A DNA stretch of 64,000 bases. Source: Clostridiales bacterium. Lineage in GTDB: Bacteria > Bacillota > Clostridia > Oscillospirales > Acutalibacteraceae. Numbering within the stretch: position 1 is the first letter of the stretch; each line of letters begins with the position of its first letter. Position numbers and translations under genes: made by a program. The notes under the pieces were generated by a model. It had not been told where the DNA came from, searched no databases, and worked only from the letters and a program-made list of their open reading frames with translations. The stretch covers positions 1,666 through 65,665 of the forward strand of contig DXYG01000003.1 of the NCBI GenBank assembly GCA_019415925.1. Reading direction: 5' to 3'. Shown piece by piece: positions 29,001 to 38,072 of the stretch.

Positions 29001-29395
29001 TCGCTTATACGGGAATGAGCGAGCTTGACTACAAATCGGTTATGATACCTGACTTTGTGATTAACGGCTACCCTGGTACTCCGGCAGAAAACTATGCCGA
29101 CAAATACGGACTAAAATTTGTAAATTTGGAAACAGAGGAAAGAGTTGCAACAGGCGAGCTTTTTAACTACAGCGTGTTTATTAAAGGCGACGTAAATCTT
29201 GACGGAACGGTAAGCATTTTGGACGTTACACTTATTGAAAAATGGCTTGTCGGTGATGAGGAGCTTTCGTCGGTACAGAAAAGCAACGCAATTGTCGGTG
29301 AAGCGTACAGCAAAATAGACATTAACAATGCAACCGATATTCAGAAATACATCGCAGGACTCATAGTTTCGCTTGACGGTACTGCGGCAGGATAA
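26018..29395 (+). CDS. secreted C1A (papain-family) cysteine protease with lectin-like, FIVAR-like, BspA-type LRR and dockerin domains
   Basis: Signal peptide; NQGSEGLCWDF, GHLVAVVGW, KNSWG; LPDSLKSIG..AF repeats; GDVNLDGTVSILDVTLI dockerin. Confidence 0.88.
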   Translation: MKKKIVSLLLCTLIAGGSVSVFSVSAAENEQKLQYIRAVNNNNLLSYYNENGEEVDVESLNNDVEVNESTLPSEYDLRDYNRVTSVRNQGSEGLCWDFASTASMESNILSQSELSAKEGDNPYKTLDLSERGHTWYIHTNFDDESSPLYGDYMQDPTKGSGGGTADIVAQGLSAGFGVYPESLLPYEQIYSGCPEGLRFYSDYRLKDYSELNNDNALIKKTVMENGAVAINYSCFAANTYMVDGMQAYYDNGNPIDGVYGQGHLVAVVGWDDSYSSENFNPEMQPENDGAWLCKNSWGEENCSTADGYKGYFWMSYETPLSCVASYEMQSVEEFDNIYQHQVTSFAGIDVESAANVFTAESDEVLKQVCLQTVGASDVKIEIYKLNSGFTSPQDGKLLSSFDASFDFTGIHTVECPENIRLNAGDTFSIVVISKSNLLLNFKSDSNNEVSGRSYCITNGESWTDVADKWQCGYAAIKVYTSNDGKVNKTELEELVNTGEEITPDKDVSAEIIEELNASLNSAKELLNDENATQNSIDNEYCLLKCSVDKVKNFTFTINSVDDYFRLIDKVENNGDSSISKIVLNADLDFGGKEIQTIFTKNQFSGIFDGNGHKMSNFVIDSKEEYNSGLFGGLYKATVKNIVFENCSVTAGDCATLISNYCTDSVIENCEVSNCKVNAKSAAIIGAYLSECHLTNLCITDSKVYAVNSAGLYFLNGFETTAENCTANGVELYSENMVYDGNLTVTLLSSSEGSVPRIKLADGKCTVESFIGIITSVKANGKQLSNDGNVYVVDDTSGDVYLDIVCDMSDSGDYGVTGNLETGELYLLSYNGDSPEMVIPSTMFGKEIAGISEYFSSNITYSDKITSITIPGKIKSISESTFMGMPALKKVVVEEGVEKLEGGAFSDCFELTDVKLPDSLKSIGIFAFGNCTKLKNIEFGNSLCKIGERAFYNCISLCDLILPDSVKKIGIGAFSHCGFMSVTLGRNVEEIGENAFAYTGMSELDYKSVMIPDFVINGYPGTPAENYADKYGLKFVNLETEERVATGELFNYSVFIKGDVNLDGTVSILDVTLIEKWLVGDEELSSVQKSNAIVGEAYSKIDINNATDIQKYIAGLIVSLDGTAAG

Positions 29396-29443
29396 GTTAA
29401 TTCGGAATTGTAATGCGTAATTCGGAATTGAATGATTACAATT

Positions 29444-29487
29444 AAATAATTGAACAAAATAATTGAACAAAATAATTGAACAAAATA
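29444..29487 (+). repeat. 13-bp tandem repeat x3
   Basis: (AAATAATTGAACA)3 followed by AAATA. Confidence 0.85.
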
Positions 29488-29520
29488 AATACCACCCATC
29501 AAAAACGGGTGGTATTTATT
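29486..29520. terminator. bidirectional terminator
   Basis: AAATACCACCC...GGGTGGTATTT between convergent genes. Confidence 0.85.
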
Positions 29521-29536
29521 AATTTATGCTGAATTA

Positions 29537-31624
29537 TTAATACTGTTTTTGTGCAACGGCGGCTATAACTGTTCTGCCGTGCATTGTGATTCTGCGGTTA
29601 TAAAGAAGAATGTTTTTATCTTCTGCAATAACATCGTTTCTGCTTCTGCCTGTATCAACATATAGTTTCCAAACATAACCTGTCGGAAGTGCAGGGAGCT
29701 CAACGTTTACGTCGTTCCAGTATGCATTTATTCCGAAATATACAATCTCGTCAAGTGCAGGATTTTTGCTGTCTGCACCTGCGTACATAACACCAATCAT
29801 TCTGGTGTTTGAGTCAAACTCGGTGTTCCAGGGAATGCAGGAATGTATGCTTTCGGGAGGCAGACTGCAGGTTGCTTCACGTCTGTTAGCCGTAATAACT
29901 TTAAAACGCTTGCGGAATGAAATCATATATTTGAAAAATTCATAAACATCTTCGTACTTTTCTTTTCTGCTCCAGTCAAGCCACGAAGTAATGTTGTCCT
30001 GACAGTAGGCGTTGTTGTTGCCGAACTGCGTGTTGCAGAATTCATCACCTGCAAGGAACAGTGCCGCACCTCTGCTGCACATAAGTGTTGCAAAAGCGTT
30101 TTTGCACATCTTACGGCGAAGCTCGTTTATGTTATTGTCGTTTGTTTCTCCCTCGGCACCGCAGTTCCAACTGTTGTTGTCGTTTGCACCGTCTGTGTTG
30201 TTCCAGCCGTTTTTGTAATTGTGCTTTTCGTTGTAGGAATACATATCATAAAGGGTAAAACCGTCGTGACAGGTGATGAAGTTTACAGACGCATTGTTGC
30301 CCCTGTAGGCAGGGTCATACAGGTCCTTTGAGCCTGTCAGCCTGTGAGCTGCCGCCCACGCAAGATTGTCGTCACCCTTTAAAAATCTGCGCATATCGTC
30401 ACGGTATTTGCCGTTCCATTCTGCCCACCTGTTCCACGAGGGGAAGCTTCCGACCTGATAAAGTCCGCCTGCGTCCCAAGCCTCGGCAATCAGCTTTACA
30501 TTGTTTAAAATCGGGTCAAACGCAAGACTTTTGAGCAGAGGAGGCTTGTCCATAGGCGAGCCGTCCTCGTTGCGTCCGAGGATTGAAGCAAGGTCAAAAC
30601 GGAAGCCGTCAACCCTGTACTGTGCAACCCAGTAACGCAGACAATTCAGAATAAACTGCTGAACCATCGGGTGATTGCAGTTGAGTACATTTCCGCAGCC
30701 GCTGAAATTGTAATATTTTCCGTCGGGAGTGAGCATATAATAAATGTTGTTGTCAAGTCCCTTGAATGAAAAGTGAGGACCTAATTCGTTGCCCTCAGCC
30801 GTGTGATTGAAAACAACGTCCAGAATAACTTCGATTCCGTTTTCCTGCAATTCACGGATAAGGCTTTTAAGCTCTCTGCCCTCACGGTGGTGCTCGTGGT
30901 CGGATTCATAGCTTGTGTTCGGAGCAAAGAAACAAACAGTGTTGTAGCCCCAGTAATCAAACAGCTTTTCACCGTTAAATGTACGTGATGAGCCCATTTC
31001 GTCAAATTCAAAAATCGGCATAAGCTCAACAGCGTTAATGCCAAGCTCCTTAAGATAAGGAATTTTTTCCTTTATTCCGGCAAAGGTACCGTTATGCTTT
31101 ACGCCTGATGACTTATCCTGAGTAAAGCCTCTGACGTGCATTTCATATATAATAAGCTCTTCAAGAGGAAGATTTTTCTTTTTAAAATTGCCCCAGTCGT
31201 AGTCGTTTGAAACAACACGAGCCTTGTATGTGCATTCGCTCTCCTGCTTGTTGCCCCAGCCGCTCTGACCTGTTACAGCCTTTGCATAAGGGTCAAGAAC
31301 ATATCTTTTCTTGTCAAACAGCAAACCCTTGCTCTCATCATACGGACCGTCAAGCGAATAAGCGTATTCAAACTCATTGATTTCAAGACCGAAAACAATC
31401 ATTGAGTAAGTCTTGCCGATTTTGTATGATTCTGGAAACGGAATCTTTGCATAAGGCTCTTTTTCAAGTGGTTTAAAAAGCAGCAGAGTACACGAGGTCG
31501 CTGAAAAAGAGGTTATCGTAAAATTAACTCCTCCTCGAACAGGTGTCGCACCGTTTACAAGATAATGACCCGGTCGTACATCAAAACCGCAAACCCTGTC
31601 CGTAGGTTTTAAATCCCTTAACAT
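29537..31624 (-). CDS. glgX: glycogen debranching enzyme / isoamylase (GH13 with CBM48)
   Basis: YEMHVRGFT, YWGY, DVVFNHTAEG, DGFRFDLAS, IAEAWD, TCHDGFTL. Confidence 0.93.
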   Translation of the reverse strand: MLRDLKPTDRVCGFDVRPGHYLVNGATPVRGGVNFTITSFSATSCTLLLFKPLEKEPYAKIPFPESYKIGKTYSMIVFGLEINEFEYAYSLDGPYDESKGLLFDKKRYVLDPYAKAVTGQSGWGNKQESECTYKARVVSNDYDWGNFKKKNLPLEELIIYEMHVRGFTQDKSSGVKHNGTFAGIKEKIPYLKELGINAVELMPIFEFDEMGSSRTFNGEKLFDYWGYNTVCFFAPNTSYESDHEHHREGRELKSLIRELQENGIEVILDVVFNHTAEGNELGPHFSFKGLDNNIYYMLTPDGKYYNFSGCGNVLNCNHPMVQQFILNCLRYWVAQYRVDGFRFDLASILGRNEDGSPMDKPPLLKSLAFDPILNNVKLIAEAWDAGGLYQVGSFPSWNRWAEWNGKYRDDMRRFLKGDDNLAWAAAHRLTGSKDLYDPAYRGNNASVNFITCHDGFTLYDMYSYNEKHNYKNGWNNTDGANDNNSWNCGAEGETNDNNINELRRKMCKNAFATLMCSRGAALFLAGDEFCNTQFGNNNAYCQDNITSWLDWSRKEKYEDVYEFFKYMISFRKRFKVITANRREATCSLPPESIHSCIPWNTEFDSNTRMIGVMYAGADSKNPALDEIVYFGINAYWNDVNVELPALPTGYVWKLYVDTGRSRNDVIAEDKNILLYNRRITMHGRTVIAAVAQKQY

Positions 31625-31814
31625 TCCATATTCCTCCCCAATATTGTTGCCAAGAAGGCGAACACTGAGAAAATAATACCATTTTTTGCTCTATAGTTCA
31701 ACAAAAAAATTGCTTTGTTATTGTCTGTATTTGTCGTTTTATCCAAATTAAAGTGCAATCATAACTGCACTTTCGCACAGCATAATAATTTTATGGTTAT
31801 TACTTTTAATCCGC

Positions 31815-32181
31815 TAAACAATAATTTGTCGTTGGAATTATAGTAACGTTGACGTAGGGACACGGCGTGCCGTGTCCACACAAAAATTGCATTGCAATTT
31901 TTGTGAAAGGGACGTGTAGGAACCCGTCCCCTACGGAAAGGTTTGTTTGTTACTATAATAATGATATATTCGGTTGCGTTTGATAGTCAACACGGACACG
32001 GCACGCCGTGTCCCTACGACTGTAAATGAAACGTTTGTGCAAAATCGTAGCGAGCGACGCCCTCGTCGCTCACAAAAACGTTACCGATATATCAATCTAT
32101 AATTCGGGCAACCGTTTTATCCAAACAATCCGATTTTTCCACTCGATTTGCCCGTCGAGGCACTCGACAAATTATGGTTTA
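31815..32181. mobile_element. second long MITE/REPIN-like element with inverted ends and REP hairpins
   Basis: TAAACAATAATTTGTCG ... CGACAAATTATGGTTTA; exact inverted REP pair 31854-31877/31994-32017; ~100 bp shared in reverse with 20795-20887. Confidence 0.75.
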
Positions 32182-32298
32182 TCTCACAAAATAAGCTAAT
32201 CATTTCAGCTAATTTCAAGGGATAATCAAATTTTTAATTCATAAAATACCCCTTTATAATAATGTTGGGAACAACGTGTGCTGTTCCCGTATTTTTTA

Positions 32299-33141
32299 TC
32301 AGTCTGCAATTTTAAGAGAAATATCAAACGCATTTACAGAGTGAGTGAGTGCGCCCATTGATATAATGTCAACGCCTGTTTCGGCAATTTCACGCAGCCT
32401 TTCGTCTGTGATTCCGCCGCTTGCTTCAAGCAATGCTCTGCCGTCGGTAATTTCAACAGCCTTTTTCATCATCTCTGTGCTCATATTATCAAGCATAATT
32501 ACATCAACCTTAGCGTCAAGAGCCTGCTGTAACTCGTCAAGATTTCTTACCTCAAGCTCAATCTTAGTCATATGACCGAGCTTTGTCTTGAGCTTTGCAA
32601 CAGCGTTTGCAATTCCACCGCCTGCGTCAATGTGATTGTCCTTTAGCATAGCGGCGTCGGAAAGATTGTAGCGGTGATTTCTGCCGCCGCCGACTGTTAC
32701 TGCGTACTTTTGCAAAGGTCTTAATCCGGGGAGAGTTTTTCTTGTGTCGGCAATTGATGCGTTAGTGCCCTTTACCAGCTCAACAGCCTTGTTTGTTGCC
32801 GTTGCAACACCGCTCATATGCTGAATGAGGTTAAGAGCTGTGCGCTCGCCCTTTAAAATCGTTCTTGTCTTGCCGTGGATTTCTGCGATGATGTCGCCTT
32901 TTGTAAGCTTGTCACCGTCTTTTTTATAGGTCTTTACCTCAAAACCTGTCGGCTGTAAAATATCAAAAACTCTTAAAGCAACTTCAAGACCGCAGAGCAC
33001 ACCGTCGCTTTTTGCAAGAAATTTTGCTGTGTTTTCCTGCTCCTCGTCAATCAGATAATCTGTTGTTGTGTCAAGGTAGTTAATGTCCTCAAGTAAAGCT
33101 GTTTTGATAAGGTTGTCAACGTAAATGCTGTTTAATATCAT
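32299..33141 (-). CDS. nadC: nicotinate-nucleotide pyrophosphorylase
   Basis: ERTALN, DTRKTLPG, HRYNLSD..MLKDNH, MLDNM, EASGG. Confidence 0.96.
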   Translation of the reverse strand: MILNSIYVDNLIKTALLEDINYLDTTTDYLIDEEQENTAKFLAKSDGVLCGLEVALRVFDILQPTGFEVKTYKKDGDKLTKGDIIAEIHGKTRTILKGERTALNLIQHMSGVATATNKAVELVKGTNASIADTRKTLPGLRPLQKYAVTVGGGRNHRYNLSDAAMLKDNHIDAGGGIANAVAKLKTKLGHMTKIELEVRNLDELQQALDAKVDVIMLDNMSTEMMKKAVEITDGRALLEASGGITDERLREIAETGVDIISMGALTHSVNAFDISLKIAD

Positions 33142-34607
33142 AGGTTAATGCCCTCCCGTACTTCTTCAAGAATTATGCTTGCAACAATTGCAATGCTTCT
33201 GGCTTCAACAAGGTCAGATGTGATTTCGTAATTCTCGCTGAAAAGTGCGTCAACAATTTTTTCAACTTTTTCATAGCTTTCGTCGTATTTATCAGGCTTC
33301 GGAATTACAAAATAAGTGTCCTGCAGAATTTCTCTTATCTGTGAACGATAACCGTGAGGAATAGGATTACCCTCAATTGGTTTGTAAGCAGGCTCGTTTC
33401 CGAGCGGCTTTCTGCCGTATTTTTCAATTCTGCGTGTAATGTCCTGTGCCGCCGAGCGTGAAAATACAAGAGCTTCAAGAAGTGAGTTGCTTGCAAGGCG
33501 GTTTGCGCCGTGAACACCTGTGTGAGCACATTCTCCTGCGGCATAGAGTCCATCAATCGAGGTTTTGGCGTCAAGGTCAACGTTAATTCCGCCCATAAGA
33601 TAGTGCTGGCAGGGAAAAACAGGAATCCTGTCTTTGGTAATGTCAACGCCTTCTTCAAGACATCTCGAATAAATCATCGGGAATCTCTCTTTGAGAAACT
33701 CGGCAGGCTTGTCCGTAATATCAAGGTAGAAATTCTCGCTCTTTGTCTTAATTGATTCTCGTATAATTGCGTTTGAAACAACGTCCCTCGGAGCAAGCTC
33801 GCCTCTGCTGTCGTAGTCAAAGGCAAAGCGTTCTCCGTTACAGTTGAGAAGAACAGCGCCTTCTCCACGAACAGCCTCGCTTATCAGGAAACGCTCTCTG
33901 TCCTTGTCGGCGGCAAAAGCGGTGGGGTGGAACTGCACACGTGAAAGGTGGCTTATCTTTGCGCCGAGCAAATAGGCAAACGCAATTCCGTCACCCGTTG
34001 CAATTGCGGAATTTGTCGTGTATTTATAAACTCTGCCTATTCCGCCCGTTGCAAGCAGACAGTAGCTGCAACCGTAATGAAAGCTTTTGCTGTCCTTTAA
34101 AATGCTTATGTAAAAGCCGTTCAGAGCTTTGTCGATTGAATATACAAGCGCATTGTCGCAAATAGTAACATTGGGAAGAGTGCGCACAACTTCAATAAGT
34201 CCGTCAACAATAGCCTTGCCTGTTGAGTCCTTGTGATGAACAATTCTGTGGCGGCTGTGACCTGCCTCAAGGGTTTTGCACATAGTACCGTCGGGGTTGA
34301 GGTCAAAATCAACGCCCAGCTCCTTGATTCTCATTACATCGGCAGGACCTTCCGAAACAAGCTTTTCAACAGCTGAGAGGTTGTTTTTGTACTTTCCTGC
34401 AATCAGTGTGTCATTGATATGAAGCTTGTAGTTGTCGTGAACGGTGTCGAGCACGCAGGCAACACCGCCCTGTGCGAGCGAACTGTTAGAAAGCGGCAAA
34501 TCACGCTTCGAAACGAGAAGAACGCTTATGTCCTTTGGAAAATTCAGCGCCGCATATAAGCCTGCCGCACCTGTGCCGACGATAATGACGTCATATTTTT
34601 TATCCAT
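33138..34607 (-). CDS. nadB: L-aspartate oxidase
   Basis: GTGAAGL, SSLAQGG, QFHPT, LISEAVRGEG, ELAPRDVV, HGANRLASNSLLE; upstream of nadC. Confidence 0.94.
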   Translation of the reverse strand: MDKKYDVIIVGTGAAGLYAALNFPKDISVLLVSKRDLPLSNSSLAQGGVACVLDTVHDNYKLHINDTLIAGKYKNNLSAVEKLVSEGPADVMRIKELGVDFDLNPDGTMCKTLEAGHSRHRIVHHKDSTGKAIVDGLIEVVRTLPNVTICDNALVYSIDKALNGFYISILKDSKSFHYGCSYCLLATGGIGRVYKYTTNSAIATGDGIAFAYLLGAKISHLSRVQFHPTAFAADKDRERFLISEAVRGEGAVLLNCNGERFAFDYDSRGELAPRDVVSNAIIRESIKTKSENFYLDITDKPAEFLKERFPMIYSRCLEEGVDITKDRIPVFPCQHYLMGGINVDLDAKTSIDGLYAAGECAHTGVHGANRLASNSLLEALVFSRSAAQDITRRIEKYGRKPLGNEPAYKPIEGNPIPHGYRSQIREILQDTYFVIPKPDKYDESYEKVEKIVDALFSENYEITSDLVEARSIAIVASIILEEVREGINL

Positions 34608-34637
34608 ATATAAGACCTCGGAAAAATATTTGAAAAA

Positions 34638-34659
34638 TTGTAAAGTCTGTCATTTACAA
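34638..34659. promoter_or_regulatory. palindromic candidate operator upstream of nadBC
   Basis: TTGTAAA-GTCTGTCA-TTTACAA. Confidence 0.35.
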
Positions 34660-34764
34660 ATTAATACTGATATATTATACTACTAATTGGAAAAATAGTA
34701 AAGCATTAGAAATAAAGATTTATGCCATTAATCATTTAAAATTGCATTTATGGGGGTGCTGAAA

Positions 34765-35085
34765 ATGCGTAAATTATGGAAAATACATATCGGAATGATA
34801 GTCGGAATGTTTATTTCTTTTATTTCGATAGTTATAGTTTCGCTTGCATCAGAAAAAGAAATTAATGTATATTTTCCTATTGCAATATTTTTGACGTATG
34901 AATTTTTGATTATCAATTTTCTTAAAGATGATTTTTTAACCAAAGAGTATAAAGAAAAAGCAAAGTTAGAATTTAGCGAAAAACAATATCTCAGTTTTTC
35001 AATATACAGAATAATTATCAAAATATTTTTAGCTATTTGTATATTACTCGCTCCGATTATGTGGGCAATGGCTATTTTGAATTAA
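34765..35085 (+). CDS. hypothetical AT-rich membrane protein
   Basis: Three hydrophobic segments; very low GC. Confidence 0.55.
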   Translation: MRKLWKIHIGMIVGMFISFISIVIVSLASEKEINVYFPIAIFLTYEFLIINFLKDDFLTKEYKEKAKLEFSEKQYLSFSIYRIIIKIFLAICILLAPIMWAMAILN

Positions 35086-35110
35086 TGTAACAGTATTTTA
35101 AGGAGTAAAA

Positions 35111-36364
35111 ATGGAACTTAAAAGTAATGAAGAAAAAATCACCCGTGCACTGCTTGTCAGCGTTGATACGGGAGAATATGACGCTCAGGCTTCTCTTGAG
35201 GAGCTGTTTGAGCTTGTAAAAAGCGCAGGAGCAGACCCCGTTTTTTCGGTTACGCAGAACTTGAATAAGGTTGAAACTGCAACATACGTCGGAACAGGAA
35301 AACTTGCCGAAATCACAGAAATCTGCAAAGCACAGGAGATTGATTTAATCGTAGCTGACAGCGAGCTTTCGCCTACTCAGATTAAAAATATGGAAGCTGA
35401 AACCGACGTAAGAGTAATTGACCGCACAACGCTTATACTCGATATTTTTGCACAGAGGGCACGCTCAAAAGAGGGTAAATTACAGGTAGAGCTTGCTCAG
35501 CTCAAGTATATGCTCCCACGACTTACGGGAAAGGGAATTGCTATGTCAAGGCTCGGTGCCGGTATCGGTACAAGAGGTCCGGGTGAAACAAAGCTTGAAA
35601 CCGACCGACGTCACATCAGGCGCAGAATGGAAACGCTGAAAGAGGAGCTCTCAGACCTTGAAAAGCACCGCAGTATGCTACGTAAAAGGCGAGAAAAGGA
35701 CGGCGTAATCACCGTTGCGATTGTCGGCTACACAAACGCAGGAAAGTCAACGCTTATGAATTATTTAACCGACGCAGGTGTGCTTGCACAGGACAAGCTT
35801 TTTGCAACGCTTGACCCGACTTCACGTGCGCTCAGACTGCCGAGCGGAGTTACTGTGATGCTGATAGACACAGTAGGTCTTGTGCGCAGACTTCCGCACC
35901 ACCTTGTTGAAGCTTTCCGCTCAACGCTTGAAGAGGCGGCGCAGTCGGACATAATCTTAAATGTATGCGACGCATCAAGTGAAGAGGCGAGAACGCATAT
36001 GCAGGTTACAACCGTTTTGCTTGAATCCCTCGGTTGCGGCGACAGACCGATTATAACCGTTCTGAACAAGTGCGATTTGGTAAAGGACGAAGTATTGGCA
36101 CAGGACTTTTGCTCGTATATCCGCATAAGCGCAAAGAACGGTGCCGGCATAGACAGGCTTTTGCAGGCGATTGACGATAATCTTCCCGTCAGAATGAAGC
36201 GTGTAAAACTGCTCATTCCCTTTGCAAGCGCAGGACTTGCAAACGATATCCGTACAAAAGGTACGCTAATCTGCGAGGAATACGTTTCCGAGGGCTTGGA
36301 AATTGAAGCGGTTGTCGATGAAATGCTTTATTCAAAACTGAAACAATTTGAAATTAATCAATAA
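35111..36364 (+). CDS. hflX: GTPase HflX
   Basis: GIGTRGPGETKLETDRR, GYTNAGKS, LFATLD, DTVG, NKCD. Confidence 0.96.
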   Translation: MELKSNEEKITRALLVSVDTGEYDAQASLEELFELVKSAGADPVFSVTQNLNKVETATYVGTGKLAEITEICKAQEIDLIVADSELSPTQIKNMEAETDVRVIDRTTLILDIFAQRARSKEGKLQVELAQLKYMLPRLTGKGIAMSRLGAGIGTRGPGETKLETDRRHIRRRMETLKEELSDLEKHRSMLRKRREKDGVITVAIVGYTNAGKSTLMNYLTDAGVLAQDKLFATLDPTSRALRLPSGVTVMLIDTVGLVRRLPHHLVEAFRSTLEEAAQSDIILNVCDASSEEARTHMQVTTVLLESLGCGDRPIITVLNKCDLVKDEVLAQDFCSYIRISAKNGAGIDRLLQAIDDNLPVRMKRVKLLIPFASAGLANDIRTKGTLICEEYVSEGLEIEAVVDEMLYSKLKQFEINQ

Positions 36365-36430
36365 AAAAATCACATCAATGTTAATAATTGTGTTGAAAAT
36401 GTTTAAATTGTTTGGTATAATTATTAAGAG

Positions 36431-37036
36431 GTGTTCTATTTGAATTTTTTTCAAATTATTCAGTCAATAGATTTTTCGATTCTTGATTTTATTCAGAATA
36501 CTTTTAAATGTGTTTTCCTTGATTATGTGCTGGCTTTTTTCAGTTATATCGGCGAAGCAGGCGGCATATGGATTATTGCGTCGGTGATTATGATGTGCTT
36601 TCGCAAAACAAGGGCAACGGGCGTTATGGTGTTGTGTGCAGTCTTAGTAGGATTTTTAATCGGCGAAATAGGACTGAAGCACCTTATCGCACGTGAAAGA
36701 CCGTTTGTTGTAAATCCGTCGGTAGTGCCTTTTATTAAGGCTCCGAGCGGCTACAGCTTTCCGTCGGGGCACAGTTGTTCGTCATTTGCGGCGGCAACGG
36801 TGCTTCTGATGCGTGACAAAAGGTTTGGAATTCCTGCCCTTGCAGTTGCCGTACTGATTGCATTTTCAAGGCTTTATAATTATGTTCACTTTCCGTCCGA
36901 CGTGCTTTGCGGAATTTTACTCGGTGTAATCTGTGCAATAGTTACCGTTGTGATTTTCAGAAAAGCAGGGTTTGATAAAAAGCTGTCGGGCGACTTAAAA
37001 TACAAGAAGGTTGATGATAATGCAGAAGAATTATAG
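36431..37036 (+). CDS. PAP2-family phosphatase
   Basis: KHLIARERP, SFPSGH, SRLYNYVHFPSDV. Confidence 0.9.
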   Translation: MFYLNFFQIIQSIDFSILDFIQNTFKCVFLDYVLAFFSYIGEAGGIWIIASVIMMCFRKTRATGVMVLCAVLVGFLIGEIGLKHLIARERPFVVNPSVVPFIKAPSGYSFPSGHSCSSFAAATVLLMRDKRFGIPALAVAVLIAFSRLYNYVHFPSDVLCGILLGVICAIVTVVIFRKAGFDKKLSGDLKYKKVDDNAEEL

Positions 37037-37244
37037 GTTTGTCGGCAAAACCTCAAAGGACAGCTTTCTGATTAAGGGCTTTAACGTGTTTTCCGAAAAG
37101 TGGAAACACGCAGGCGGCTGTGCGTCTGTTATTAATCCGCAAAACGGCAAAACATACGTGTTTTCAAAATACGAAAGCTGCGGAGTGGAGTTTGTTGCAG
37201 GCAAGGACGCAAACGGCTACTGGCTGTTCTTTGTCGAGGTTTAA
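37020..37244 (+). CDS. hypothetical protein
   Basis: 74 aa ORF overlapping the PAP2 stop, with a plausible RBS. Confidence 0.55.
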   Translation: MQKNYRFVGKTSKDSFLIKGFNVFSEKWKHAGGCASVINPQNGKTYVFSKYESCGVEFVAGKDANGYWLFFVEV

Positions 37245-37284
37245 AACATAATTTTAAAATATTTTATGGGAGAAGTATACTAAA

Positions 37285-37956
37285 ATGTGCAATGAAAATC
37301 TGCTTGCAAATAAACTTTTTGATTACAGCAAAACAATAGCAAAGCCACTGCTTGAAAGCGTTGAATATCCTTGGGAGGCTCTGCCGAAAATCAAGGATTT
37401 CATTATTGAAATCGGCAAAACGCTTGACCCCGAAATCTACGAGCAGAGGGGAGAAAACATCTGGGTTGCAAAGAGCGCAACTGTTTTTCCGTCGGCATAT
37501 CTCGGCGGTCCGCTCATCATCTGCGAGGACGCAGAGGTGCGCCACTGCGCTTTTATCAGAGGAAGCGCAATCGTAGGCAGAGGTGCAGTTGTGGGCAACT
37601 CAACAGAGCTTAAAAATTCAATTCTCTTTGACGGAGTACAGGTGCCGCACTATAACTACATCGGCGACAGTATTCTCGGATATAAGGCTCATACCGGTGC
37701 AGGCACAATTACCTCAAACCTCAAGAGCGACAAGAGCCTTGTAACGGTGCTCTGTGAGGAAGAAAAGGTTGAAACAGGCGTTAAAAAGTTTGGAGCAATG
37801 CTTGGCGACCACGTTGAGGTTGGCTGTAACAGCGTGTTGAATCCCGGTTCGGTTGTCGGCAGAAACACAAACGTTTATCCGCTTTCGTTCGTAAGAGGAT
37901 ACGTCCCCGAAAACAGCATCTATAAACGTTTGGGCGAAGTTGCAGACAAGATTTAA
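37285..37956 (+). CDS. GlmU C-terminal-like hexapeptide acyltransferase
   Basis: Left-handed beta-helix repeats, VPHYNYIGDSILG, GCNSVLNPG. Confidence 0.85.
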   Translation: MCNENLLANKLFDYSKTIAKPLLESVEYPWEALPKIKDFIIEIGKTLDPEIYEQRGENIWVAKSATVFPSAYLGGPLIICEDAEVRHCAFIRGSAIVGRGAVVGNSTELKNSILFDGVQVPHYNYIGDSILGYKAHTGAGTITSNLKSDKSLVTVLCEEEKVETGVKKFGAMLGDHVEVGCNSVLNPGSVVGRNTNVYPLSFVRGYVPENSIYKRLGEVADKI

Positions 37957-38026
37957 TTTAAAATTATTATTATGAATTTAAGGCAATACCTCACATTATT
38001 ATTGTGCGGTGTTGCCTTGATTTTTT

Positions 38027-38055
38027 GCATAAAACAATCATCATATCACATAATA
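38027..38055 (+). promoter_or_regulatory. sigmaG/F-type forespore promoter
   Basis: GCATA-N17-CATAATA immediately upstream of RBS GAGGTG. Confidence 0.6.
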
Positions 38056-38072
38056 ATTGCGAGGTGATGAAA

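Noticed and set aside
31750..31773. Palindrome AAAGTGCA-N8-TGCACTTT upstream of glgX
   Set aside because: Single occurrence with no assignable regulator; it may simply be a small hairpin.
32299..34607. nadBC without nadA
   Set aside because: nadA is often encoded elsewhere, so absence from this window is uninformative.
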